Source: a virus (lineage: Duplodnaviria; Caudoviricetes). From it: a DNA stretch of 38,178 nt. A model generated the notes under the pieces. It made no database searches, was not told the origin of the DNA, and saw only the letters and a program-made list of their open reading frames with translations. Of the stretch, positions 6,880-15,645 are shown piece after piece. A program made the position numbers and the translations under genes. The stretch's first letter is position 1; the number at the start of each line of letters is the position of its first letter. The DNA is taken from the IMG/VR virus record IMGVR_UViG_3300037308_000544, positions 1-38,178 of that record, one strand, 5' to 3'.

Positions 6880-8103
6880 ATGGCTGAAGTAAAGGAAAGA
6901 GAGTTACAGTATCATGAAAGGTTAAACATTGGAGTTTTATCAATCGCTAGAATTAAGCGACAATTAAAAAATGATATTATAGAAACCCTTATTGCTTGGG
7001 AAAAAGGAAGACCAGTTCAAAAGCAATGCTGGAGAATTATTGGTCCAGCTGGAGTTGGAAAAACTGAAATATGTTATCAGATTGCAGCAGAACTTACAAA
7101 AGAAACTGGAAAGAAATTTGATATTATAATGGTAAAAGCTCCAGTCCTTTCAAGAGATGATTTCATTATTCCATTTCCTGTTACAGCTGGAGACGAACCC
7201 AAATTCAAAATGTTATATTCAGATTTTGTTCCAACTGTATCAAGTAGTTATGGCATCTTCGTTATTGATGAATTTTCTCGTGGTGACCATACACTTCAAC
7301 AATTATTATGGCAAGTTCAAAATGAATATGCAATCCACAGGTTTAAATTTCCAGATGGATGGTTTGTGATTTCAATTGATAATCCAGACGAGTCACAATA
7401 TTCAATGGAAATTCTTGAGGATGCGGCTGGTATCAGAAGGCAACTTCAAATTGCTGTCGAAGTTAGTGCTATTGATTTTTTGGAATATGCAATTGAGAAT
7501 AAGTTTCATCCATATGTCATTGAGTTTATTCAAACCCATCCAGAAAGGGTTTATGATTTCTCATCTCAAAAATCTGGAATGGTTTATGCAAACCCTGCAA
7601 GTTGGGAGAAACTCTCTGACCATTTATGGAAAATGTATATGTCACATGATAGCATTAATTTCGATGATCTTGAACCTAGAGCTCAAGGTCTACTGAACGT
7701 TCATATGACCAGACTCTTTATTGAATTTGCAAAAGAGAAAAAGGATATCAATCCAAAAGACATCTTCTATAAATTTGGAAGTGTAAAAGCTGATATTGTT
7801 AAACTAAAGAAGGAAAATAATAACTCCAAGCTTGGGGAAATTATGATTTCTTTTTGTACATTCCTTACTACTAGCATGCCCAAATATGAAAAAGAGCATC
7901 TTAATAATATTCTTGATTTCTTACTATTAATGCCCATTGATACTGGGGCTCTATTTATTTCACACGTAGATCAATATGAAAGAAATTCAAAGCAATTTCA
8001 ATATATGACCGGAATCCATCAATATTTTCTAAAGTCAGCACCAAAATATAAAACAGAATTTTATGATCCAATTGTTCAATGTGGTGAAGGAAAAATAAAG
8101 TAA
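6880..8103 (+). CDS. MoxR-like AAA+ ATPase
   Basis: Walker A GPAGVGKT, Walker B IFVIDEFSR, sensor IDNP, DAAGIRR and NPASWEKLS; adjacent to a vWA-peptidase gene. Confidence 0.85.
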   Translation: MAEVKERELQYHERLNIGVLSIARIKRQLKNDIIETLIAWEKGRPVQKQCWRIIGPAGVGKTEICYQIAAELTKETGKKFDIIMVKAPVLSRDDFIIPFPVTAGDEPKFKMLYSDFVPTVSSSYGIFVIDEFSRGDHTLQQLLWQVQNEYAIHRFKFPDGWFVISIDNPDESQYSMEILEDAAGIRRQLQIAVEVSAIDFLEYAIENKFHPYVIEFIQTHPERVYDFSSQKSGMVYANPASWEKLSDHLWKMYMSHDSINFDDLEPRAQGLLNVHMTRLFIEFAKEKKDINPKDIFYKFGSVKADIVKLKKENNNSKLGEIMISFCTFLTTSMPKYEKEHLNNILDFLLLMPIDTGALFISHVDQYERNSKQFQYMTGIHQYFLKSAPKYKTEFYDPIVQCGEGKIK

Positions 8104-8139
8104 ATTAAGTGAGGATGGGTGGGTGGGATTTAATTTACT
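8099..8139 (+). promoter_or_regulatory. AT stem with G-rich loop immediately before an RBS
   Basis: AGTAAATTAA 8099-8108/TTAATTTACT 8130-8139 enclosing GTGAGGATGGGTGGGTGGGAT; AAGGAG follows at 8141. Confidence 0.4.
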
Positions 8140-8151
8140 AAAGGAGAACAA

Positions 8152-9435
8152 ATGGATACAATAGAAAGAATGAATAAACTTATTGCTCGATTTGTTTTAC
8201 AATATAATTTCTGGGGGTATTTATTTTCATCAATAAAAAGAGTTCCGATTCTCGAACCCGAAAAAGTAGGATTCACAAGCATTATGGGGGTTGGAGCAGA
8301 AACAGATGGAACGATCAGCTTATATTTTGTTCCAAATCTAGTTGAGAAAACAGATGATAAAAATTTACTTACTATTATTGAACATGAAGGAATGCACGTA
8401 TTAAATAAACATATTCCAAGACTTTTAAGAATATTAGCAAATGAAACTAAAGAACATATGAAAGAACCAAAAATACAGATTTGGAATATTGCTTCTGATT
8501 GTTCAGCAAATCAACAAGCAAATCTTAAAGATGTAGTAATTGATGGAAAGGCATGTCTTCTTCAATTACCTAAAATGTATAATCTTCCAGATGGAAAAGT
8601 TAGTGAGTTTTATTATTTAGAATTATTAAAAAAACAAAAACAAAACCTTGATAAATATGAGCAGTTTATAAAGCAAGTTAAAGGGTTAGTTGATAACCAT
8701 TCAAAATGGTCAGGAAATTTAAAAGGTGTCTCTGACCTAAGCAGCTTGGCAAGAAAAGTTGATAACTATACAACCAGTGTTATAAGAGAAGCAGCAAAAA
8801 CTTTTCAAAAAGAAAGAGGAAGTTTGCCAGCATATATATCAGAATTGATTGCAGAAGCCTTAAAGCCACCAAAAGCTCCTTATTATCAGATTATTAGGAG
8901 ATTGGTAAGAGCAACAAGGTTCAGCAAGTTTAAAAGATCACATACAAAAATTAATAGAAAAAGAGCATATCTTTTTGCTCTTGATGATGATGGTCTTCCA
9001 AAATTATCTCCATTTCCAGGAAGGACAAGAGACTTTACTTTCAAGATCGTTATATTGATTGATACATCTGGAAGTATGGGAAAAGATGAAATTCTAGAAG
9101 CTCTTTCTGGAATAAAAAATATTATTGAGAATGATCGTCATTGTTATACTATTGTATTGGAAGTAGATACAGTGGTTAATAAAGAATATCGTCCAAAGAG
9201 AATAAAAGACATAGATTTTAAAGTCAAAGGTAGAGGCGGAACAACTCTTGGTTTAGGAATTGATCGAGCTCGTGAATTAAATCCAGATGTTTGTTTAGCT
9301 TTTACAGATGGTTACACAGAGAATATTAATGCATATCCAAGAAAAAAGTTTCCCAAGAAAATGATTTGGGTTGTAACCCCAAAAGGTTCTGTAGAAAATT
9401 TGAATAGGACGGGGTATATAGTTAGATTAGATTAG
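8152..9435 (+). CDS. metallopeptidase-like (HExxH) + vWA domain protein (DUF2201-like)
   Basis: HEGMH, WNIASDCSAN, vWA ILIDTSGSM, GRGGT and FTDGY. Confidence 0.85.
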   Translation: MDTIERMNKLIARFVLQYNFWGYLFSSIKRVPILEPEKVGFTSIMGVGAETDGTISLYFVPNLVEKTDDKNLLTIIEHEGMHVLNKHIPRLLRILANETKEHMKEPKIQIWNIASDCSANQQANLKDVVIDGKACLLQLPKMYNLPDGKVSEFYYLELLKKQKQNLDKYEQFIKQVKGLVDNHSKWSGNLKGVSDLSSLARKVDNYTTSVIREAAKTFQKERGSLPAYISELIAEALKPPKAPYYQIIRRLVRATRFSKFKRSHTKINRKRAYLFALDDDGLPKLSPFPGRTRDFTFKIVILIDTSGSMGKDEILEALSGIKNIIENDRHCYTIVLEVDTVVNKEYRPKRIKDIDFKVKGRGGTTLGLGIDRARELNPDVCLAFTDGYTENINAYPRKKFPKKMIWVVTPKGSVENLNRTGYIVRLD

Positions 9436-9445
9436 GAGGGTATTA

Positions 9446-11239
9446 ATGCAAAAAACATATACATCAAAAGATGTTAGAGTTCTAGAAGAAGTAGAACATA
9501 TTCGACTAAATCCAGCAATGTATATTGGAGACACTCAGAACCCAGTTCATTTGATTGAAGAAGCTCTTGATAACGCATTAGATGAAGCATTAGCAGGATA
9601 TGCAAAGATAATTGCTGTTATCATTAACACAAAAGAGAATAAGTTTTCAGTCTTGGACGATGGTAGGGGTATACCAATAGAAAATGATACCCCTATCACC
9701 GTTTCAAGAAAATTATTTAGTGGAGCAAAATTTAGAGATCAAAAGAATGCTTATGAGATAAGCTCTGGTTTACATGGAGTTGGATTAGTAGCAGTAAATG
9801 CTTTAAGCTCAATATATACAGTAGAAGTATATCGAGATGGAAAGCATGCAAGATTTGATTTCGTAGATGCAAATTTAAAAAAGTCACATATTGAAAAATT
9901 CATAGAAACAAGACCATTCTCAACTAAAATAGAATTCATTCCTGATAAAAAATTCTTCGAAACATTATCTCCAGATATTAAAAGAATAAGAAAAAGATTA
10001 ACAACGGCAGCAGCAGAAATGCCTGTGGATATTTCGTGTATATTAGTTATTGATGATGATAAAGAAATCTTTCAATTAACAGAAGAAACTCATTTTCTTG
10101 AGACGTGTATAGATCAGCATAATGATTTAAAATTAAGAAAATTTATAGCAAATGTTCCACCAGAGTCATTTGAAGTTTTAATGGCGTATGAAGAAGATTC
10201 AACAATAACTCCAAGAGTTATGTCTTCTGTAAATTTATTGCCAGTAGATAGTGGTGGTAGTCATATTAATGCTTTCTTTGATATGCTGAAAGATTTCTAT
10301 ATTACAAAAGGTAAAAAGTTGGGGTATGAATTTCAACCAAACGATTGCTTTTGTGGATTAAGAATTTATTTAATTTTGAAAATGATTGACCCAAGATTTG
10401 CGGGTCAAACTAAAGAAAAAGTAACTAACCCAAAATCAGATTTTGATAAATTCATAAAAGTTTTAAGAAATCAATTTGAAGAATATAGTGAAAAATATCC
10501 GGATGAAATTAATGCAGATTTAGAACGATTTCAAGAATATAGAAAGAAACAAGATTCTAAAAAACTACAACTGAATGGAACAGGTAGTAAAAGAGCATCA
10601 GCAAGGTTTACCAAGCTAAGAGATTGTACGAGTAGGTTTGGAGAATTATTTATAGTTGAAGGGGATTCAGCAGGTGGATCAATAATTCAATCAAGAGATC
10701 CAAAGATTCATGCTGTTCTACCTTTGAAGGGCAAGTCAATTCCAAACATTACGACCAAGAAGAAAATTCTTGAAAATAAAGAAGTAGGAGAATTAGTCAA
10801 AGCAGTAGGAACTGGGTTGGCTCCAAACTTCGATATCTCTAAACTTAGGTATAGCAAGCTGGTATGTGCTACTGACGCGGATCATGATGGTGCACATATA
10901 GCTTGCTTAGTGACCATGTTAGTGGCAATTTTGTTGCCTGATATTATTAAAGAAGGAAAATATTTCATAGCTCAGACTCCATTGTTTGCTATCCAAGAAA
11001 AGAAAGCATTTATACCATTATGGAATGATGAGCAATTAGAGAAAGCTAGAAAAGAAAAAAGAAATATTCAACGATATAAAGGTTTAGGAGAAATGAATCC
11101 TGAAGAATTAAAAGTTTGTTTATTGGATGAACCAACAAGGCATTTGATTCCAATAAAGTATAGTGATAATATTGAAGAGTTGATAAAATTATTTTCTAGT
11201 GCTATAGAGAAAAGAGAATTGGTAGTAGGAGAAGAATAA
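9446..11239 (+). CDS. gyrB: type IIA DNA topoisomerase subunit B (GyrB/ParE-like)
   Basis: EHIRLNPAMYIG, EEALDNALDE, DDGRGIP, GLHGVG, EGDSAGG, PLKGK, TDADHDGAHI and RYKGLGEM. Confidence 0.95.
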   Translation: MQKTYTSKDVRVLEEVEHIRLNPAMYIGDTQNPVHLIEEALDNALDEALAGYAKIIAVIINTKENKFSVLDDGRGIPIENDTPITVSRKLFSGAKFRDQKNAYEISSGLHGVGLVAVNALSSIYTVEVYRDGKHARFDFVDANLKKSHIEKFIETRPFSTKIEFIPDKKFFETLSPDIKRIRKRLTTAAAEMPVDISCILVIDDDKEIFQLTEETHFLETCIDQHNDLKLRKFIANVPPESFEVLMAYEEDSTITPRVMSSVNLLPVDSGGSHINAFFDMLKDFYITKGKKLGYEFQPNDCFCGLRIYLILKMIDPRFAGQTKEKVTNPKSDFDKFIKVLRNQFEEYSEKYPDEINADLERFQEYRKKQDSKKLQLNGTGSKRASARFTKLRDCTSRFGELFIVEGDSAGGSIIQSRDPKIHAVLPLKGKSIPNITTKKKILENKEVGELVKAVGTGLAPNFDISKLRYSKLVCATDADHDGAHIACLVTMLVAILLPDIIKEGKYFIAQTPLFAIQEKKAFIPLWNDEQLEKARKEKRNIQRYKGLGEMNPEELKVCLLDEPTRHLIPIKYSDNIEELIKLFSSAIEKRELVVGEE

Positions 11240-11258
11240 ATATTTAGAAAGGACAAAA

Positions 11259-12278
11259 ATGAAAGAGAAAATAGTGACAATAGCCTATAAACTAAAAGAT
11301 AAAACAACTTATAAAATAACAAATTATGAAACATATGACAAAGAAAAAAAGCTAGAAGATAATTTTGAGATAAACCTTACCCAATTTTTAGGAATGCGTT
11401 ATCTTGCAAGACAAGTAGTAATGTTTGGGTTTAAATATAAAATTGATATTCTTGCCTATGATTTTGAAGGAAGACTGGTTGTAATAGAATTAAAAAAGAC
11501 AAAAGATCAACTTCTTTTTGTGCAGGTTTCTAGATATGAAGAATTTATAAAAAACTGGGGAGGAAAGTATCAACTAGGTCTATTAGCAATTCAAGAACTT
11601 AAAAAACGATATAATATAGATATTAGCTATGATGAAATTAAATCAATGAAAATACGATATATATGTGTTGCAGGCGAGTTCGATGAGTATGATAAGTTAT
11701 TAATGAAAAGCGACCGTTTTTCTGATTTTGAATTTGTAGAATATTCTTTACTAGATAACAAAAAATGTGTAGTTTTGAAATATTTTATGTGTAACAATAG
11801 TCATAAACTTACATGGAATACTGCTGCTAAAGAATATAAAGAAGAAAACGAAGATACTGAAGAAAATGAAGATACTGAAGAACCTAAAATAAATATAATA
11901 TTAAATGAACTTCAAAATAAAGATTGGCTTTATTCTAGATATTTTAAAGATTTAATTGATTGGTCAATGTTAAATGTAAAATTTGAACTATTTGCGGACA
12001 CTGGAGATATAAATTGCGCTCATTATTATGATACTATTTCTAAAAGAATGCTTTTTACGTTACTAAAACATCCAGAAAGATTAATAGTAAATATAAATCT
12101 TCCAAAAGAGTATAAAGACAAGATGCAATACTCAGATTTTATAGTAGATTCAAGTAAGCCAAAATATGGAAAAGGTAGTACTGATGTATATGTTACAGAT
12201 GATAATTCTCTAGAAAAAGCAAAAGAATTAATAAAAGTAAAAGCTGAAGAAATTTTAAAAAAGAATGGGATTAATTGA
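11259..12278 (+). CDS. PD-(D/E)xK endonuclease, NucS/DUF91-like
   Basis: EKKLED..., KIDILAYDFEGRLVVIELKK and QVSRY motifs, followed by an acidic linker and a C-terminal domain. Confidence 0.7.
   Translation: MKEKIVTIAYKLKDKTTYKITNYETYDKEKKLEDNFEINLTQFLGMRYLARQVVMFGFKYKIDILAYDFEGRLVVIELKKTKDQLLFVQVSRYEEFIKNWGGKYQLGLLAIQELKKRYNIDISYDEIKSMKIRYICVAGEFDEYDKLLMKSDRFSDFEFVEYSLLDNKKCVVLKYFMCNNSHKLTWNTAAKEYKEENEDTEENEDTEEPKINIILNELQNKDWLYSRYFKDLIDWSMLNVKFELFADTGDINCAHYYDTISKRMLFTLLKHPERLIVNINLPKEYKDKMQYSDFIVDSSKPKYGKGSTDVYVTDDNSLEKAKELIKVKAEEILKKNGIN
11841..11882 (+). repeat. 18-bp in-frame tandem repeat (EENEDT x2.3)
   Basis: GAAGAAAACGAAGATACT GAAGAAAATGAAGATACT GAAGAA. Confidence 0.8.
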
Positions 12279-12598
12279 AAGTATTAAGGAGTAATTATGT
12301 GACTAACATTTGGCAAGAAGTAAAAGACTTCATTAATAACAAATCAGCTGGAACTATTATAGAAAGAAAAGAAATAAAACAATTATTGCATGGAAAAATA
12401 CCAGAAAAGAAACCATATGGAGGATATACATTTGATAAGTATTTAAGATATCTTACTCTTCATGGATTTTTAGAACATTGTGATAAGGGTAAATATAAAT
12501 TACTACAACGTATTCCTACAAACGTAAGTAGTGAACGAGCAAAGCAAGTAGCATATAAAAAACGAACTTATGAAAAAGTGGGAATTTTAGATATTTAA
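12275..12598 (+). CDS. hypothetical protein, winged-helix-like paralogue 1
   Basis: WQEVKDFIN...IPEK..GGYTFDKYLRYLT..GFLEH..KGKYK; shared with the next two ORFs. Start codon uncertain. Confidence 0.7.
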   Translation: MKVLRSNYVTNIWQEVKDFINNKSAGTIIERKEIKQLLHGKIPEKKPYGGYTFDKYLRYLTLHGFLEHCDKGKYKLLQRIPTNVSSERAKQVAYKKRTYEKVGILDI

Positions 12599-12607
12599 GG
12601 ATCTACA

Positions 12608-13219
12608 ATGGCATTAATGACTAAGTCACAAGAAAAATACATAAAAGATATTGAAAAGAATTTAAATGTTAAATATTCAGGTTCACCTTCACGAAAAGAT
12701 GCTTCAATATTTATAAAGAAATATGTAGATAAGAATAGAAAAATAAGATTAGGAAATAACGATATAATACTTCCAACAGGTAAACAATTAAGATTTATTA
12801 GAGCTATTGAAAAAAATCTAGGGATTAAATTTAGAGGAAAAACTTTTGAAGAAGCAAGTTTATTTATATATCAGAAAATAAAGAAGAATTTGAATTGTAT
12901 CGAAATAACTGATGGGAAGGGAAGAAGAATGACATACTGGCAGGAGTTAAAACGATTTATTAACCATAGACAAATTGGAGAAATTATTACAAGACAACAA
13001 TTAATGAATTTATTTCGTAACTACTTACCAGAAAAAAGTTCAATTGGTGGTTACACATTTGATAAATATAGAAGATACTTAACAGTAATAGAAATATTAG
13101 AGCATATAGGAAGAGGAAGATATAGAATCAATCAACATGTTGCGCCTTGGATGAATAGCAAGAATGTTCAACATATGGCATCTAGTAGACATCTTATAGA
13201 TAAAGTTAGGAGTTTCTAA
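12608..13219 (+). CDS. hypothetical protein: duplicated N-terminal module + winged-helix-like paralogue 2
   Basis: Two copies of T..Q...I..IEKNL..K..G....AS.FI, then MTYWQELKRFIN...GGYTFDKYRRYLT; possible internal ATG at 12929. Confidence 0.7.
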   Translation: MALMTKSQEKYIKDIEKNLNVKYSGSPSRKDASIFIKKYVDKNRKIRLGNNDIILPTGKQLRFIRAIEKNLGIKFRGKTFEEASLFIYQKIKKNLNCIEITDGKGRRMTYWQELKRFINHRQIGEIITRQQLMNLFRNYLPEKSSIGGYTFDKYRRYLTVIEILEHIGRGRYRINQHVAPWMNSKNVQHMASSRHLIDKVRSF

Positions 13220-13513
13220 ATGGGTCGTGGAAATTTTTGGCAAGAAATGATTAGATTTATAAACTATCAACCCATTGATTCTATTATAACGAGACCAAGA
13301 CTAGCAAGATTATATTATGGTTATATTCCAGAAAAAACTAGTGGCATTAAAACATTTGATGAATATAGAAGACTTTTTTGTAATCTCGGATATTTAGAAC
13401 GACTTGGAAGAGGACAATATAAAGTTGTAAAACGAATTCCAGATTGGTTAAGAAGAAAAAACGCAGCAGGTATGGATAGAAGAAACTTAAGATATGTGGT
13501 ACAAGATAGTTAG
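13220..13513 (+). CDS. hypothetical protein, winged-helix-like paralogue 3
   Basis: WQEMIRFIN...IPEK...TFDEYRR...LGYLERLGRGQYK..RIP. Confidence 0.7.
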   Translation: MGRGNFWQEMIRFINYQPIDSIITRPRLARLYYGYIPEKTSGIKTFDEYRRLFCNLGYLERLGRGQYKVVKRIPDWLRRKNAAGMDRRNLRYVVQDS

Positions 13514-13817
13514 AGAAAAAGATGGAAAAATATTCACATTATTTCATGGAACACAAGGAAGTAGATTATTAGAACCAGAAACCTGGTATGAAGCAGACCA
13601 AAAAGTTGTTAATGATGGAACAAGTAAAACTTCTTATATATCTGGCTTCCATGTATTGCCAAGTTATGATATAGCAAAGATATACTTAGAAAAACATTTT
13701 AAAAATAAAGAAAATAAAAAAATTGTTAGATGTTTTGCTGGAGAAGTAACTCAAAAAGCTCATAGTAAAGATCCAGTATTTTTAGCTAGATTTATTTACA
13801 TTCTAAAAGGAGAATAA
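13494..13817 (+). CDS. hypothetical phage protein (107 aa)
   Basis: Overlapping/abutting ORF within the gene train; no function recognised. Confidence 0.7.
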   Translation: MWYKIVREKDGKIFTLFHGTQGSRLLEPETWYEADQKVVNDGTSKTSYISGFHVLPSYDIAKIYLEKHFKNKENKKIVRCFAGEVTQKAHSKDPVFLARFIYILKGE

Positions 13818-13819
13818 AA

Positions 13820-14128
13820 ATGAAAGTTAGAAGTCCATATTCAGATCTTTGTTCAAGTGTTATTTGGATGCTAAAAGAATTTAAAAGAATCAGACCAATT
13901 GAGATTGCAGAAATGTTAGAAGCTAAACCAAAATCAGTAAGAGATGAGTTAAGAAGATTATCAGAACAATGTATTTTGAAAGAGTTTATAACAAAAGAAA
14001 AAACTGGAGTAGCAACATATTATATAATGAATGAACAAGCAAAACAAGCTCCTGTACCTTTCCTAAAAGATCTTGCAAAGAAAACATGGAAATTTAACCG
14101 TAAGTATACTCCAGAAACAAGGACTTAA
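13820..14128 (+). CDS. putative winged helix-turn-helix protein
   Basis: AAAGGAG; IRPIEIAEMLEAKPKSVRDELRRL fits an HTH pattern. Confidence 0.6.
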   Translation: MKVRSPYSDLCSSVIWMLKEFKRIRPIEIAEMLEAKPKSVRDELRRLSEQCILKEFITKEKTGVATYYIMNEQAKQAPVPFLKDLAKKTWKFNRKYTPETRT

Positions 14129-14129
14129 T

Positions 14130-14408
14130 ATGAGGGAAGCACACGTTTTGATACAATTTGATATGACAAAATTAGATAAAGATAAATTAGATAAACTATT
14201 CCAAATTGAACTGCTATTTCATGAAATGGGAATCACGTTTGATACTGGTGCTGGTTTTGGTGGTAGAGATTGGGAATGGGATTGGAGTTTGAAAGGACCA
14301 GTAAAAGTATACTTCAAAGAATTTAAAGATGAATTTGAAAAGAGGAAAAATAATGAGTCACAAGACAATAACAAGGAATTGCCCATCGTGCAAGAAACTG
14401 GTTGTTAA
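14130..14408 (+). CDS. hypothetical protein
   Basis: Probable ATG at 14130, just after the previous stop; motif GITFDTGAGFGGRDWEWDWSL. Confidence 0.65.
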   Translation: MREAHVLIQFDMTKLDKDKLDKLFQIELLFHEMGITFDTGAGFGGRDWEWDWSLKGPVKVYFKEFKDEFEKRKNNESQDNNKELPIVQETGC

Positions 14409-14535
14409 TGACCAAGGAAATTTCCAATGTATGTGGGGAAGATCTAAAAAAAGAAAAATTATATACGAAGTAAAGAGAACATTAAGATATTGCAAATTGA
14501 ATCTTGAAAAGGAATTTGAATCATGCCATACATAG
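14353..14535 (+). CDS. small Cys-containing protein (putative Zn finger)
   Basis: GAGG upstream of ATG 14353; CPSC...C...C; overlaps both neighbours. Confidence 0.5.
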   Translation: MSHKTITRNCPSCKKLVVNDQGNFQCMWGRSKKRKIIYEVKRTLRYCKLNLEKEFESCHT

Positions 14536-14990
14536 AAAGTAAGGAAAGAAGAAAAGAATTAGATCAAATAGTTGATTATCTAGCAAACCATCAAAAAACA
14601 TATGGTTATAGAATATTAGGAGCAACATTAGAAGATTACTTTTTTGAGAAATTTATGTCGTTAGAAGGAACAACATCTGTAACAGCATATCCATTATTAG
14701 AGCTTTTTCATAAGTTAAAAGTTGAAATAACTGGAGAAGTCAATTACATCTTATTTAAATTTTGTAAGTATCATATTAATCCTAGTTATAATAATTATAA
14801 AAAATATATTTCAATGTTATTAGAAACAGCAAGAATAATTGAAACTACTGATAAATCAACATGGTTTTTTGAAACCAAAATGGAAATGGAAAATTTTGTT
14901 GGTGAAATTAGAATGAGTTGTTTAGAAATATATAGAAAAATACTTGGACCTTATGAAGATAAAAAAATAGAAGAAAATGGAGATATATAA
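14523..14990 (+). CDS. conserved phage protein (DUF6899-like)
   Basis: MPYI..., GEVNY, PSY..Y and EIYRK..GPYEDKKIEENGDI pattern. Confidence 0.65.
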   Translation: MPYIESKERRKELDQIVDYLANHQKTYGYRILGATLEDYFFEKFMSLEGTTSVTAYPLLELFHKLKVEITGEVNYILFKFCKYHINPSYNNYKKYISMLLETARIIETTDKSTWFFETKMEMENFVGEIRMSCLEIYRKILGPYEDKKIEENGDI

Positions 14991-15193
14991 TGAACAAGAG
15001 AGAATTTTCCAGACTAAGAGTTGGAACATGGGTTAGAGTTTATTTTGATGATGTTGGAGCAAGAGATGGAATTATTATTGAAAAAGAAGCGGATGAAATA
15101 AAAGTATTTGAACCTACAGAAAACACTTCTTTCTGGATGGAAAGAGACCGCGTAATAAGCGTAGGACCTTTCATTCAAACTCCAAGGTTTTAA
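14990..15193 (+). CDS. small SH3-like hypothetical protein
   Basis: TAATG coupling; LRVGTWVRV...GIIIE pattern. Confidence 0.6.
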   Translation: MNKREFSRLRVGTWVRVYFDDVGARDGIIIEKEADEIKVFEPTENTSFWMERDRVISVGPFIQTPRF

Positions 15194-15207
15194 TGAGGAG
15201 ATGGTGT

Positions 15208-15645
15208 ATGACTAGAGCAGATTTTTATATTGATAAAAAATGGATTGGAAGTATTTATGGAGATGGTTATCCTCAAGGAATTCCATTAGAAATTTTTATT
15301 CAAATAAACCCAATAATGTATGAAGAATTGGTTGTTGAATTTATAAATAAAAGAAGTGGATCAGTAAGATCTCAAGGTGCTCAATGGCCTTGGTTATGGT
15401 CTGATAGCCGGTTAACTGATTATGCATATATATTTATAACTGAGCAAGATAAAGTTATGGCATCACATTTTGGTGGTGAATTATTTGATCCAATAAAATT
15501 CCTTCAAGGGTGTGATAAAGAAGAATTATACCCAAATATAGGAGTTCCAAACTTCCCAATTATGGATCCTTATGTTATAGATAAAACAAATGAAGTATTA
15601 GAACGAGGAAAAACGCATGGATATACAATTACCAAAATTGTATAA
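15208..15645 (+). CDS. hypothetical phage protein
   Basis: GAGGAG upstream of ATG 15208; MTRADFY...WIGSIYGDGYP. Confidence 0.7.
   Translation: MTRADFYIDKKWIGSIYGDGYPQGIPLEIFIQINPIMYEELVVEFINKRSGSVRSQGAQWPWLWSDSRLTDYAYIFITEQDKVMASHFGGELFDPIKFLQGCDKEELYPNIGVPNFPIMDPYVIDKTNEVLERGKTHGYTITKIV

Noticed and set aside
11841-11882. 18-bp tandem repeat as a regulatory or contingency locus
   Set aside because: In-frame duplication within an acidic linker; probably neutral.
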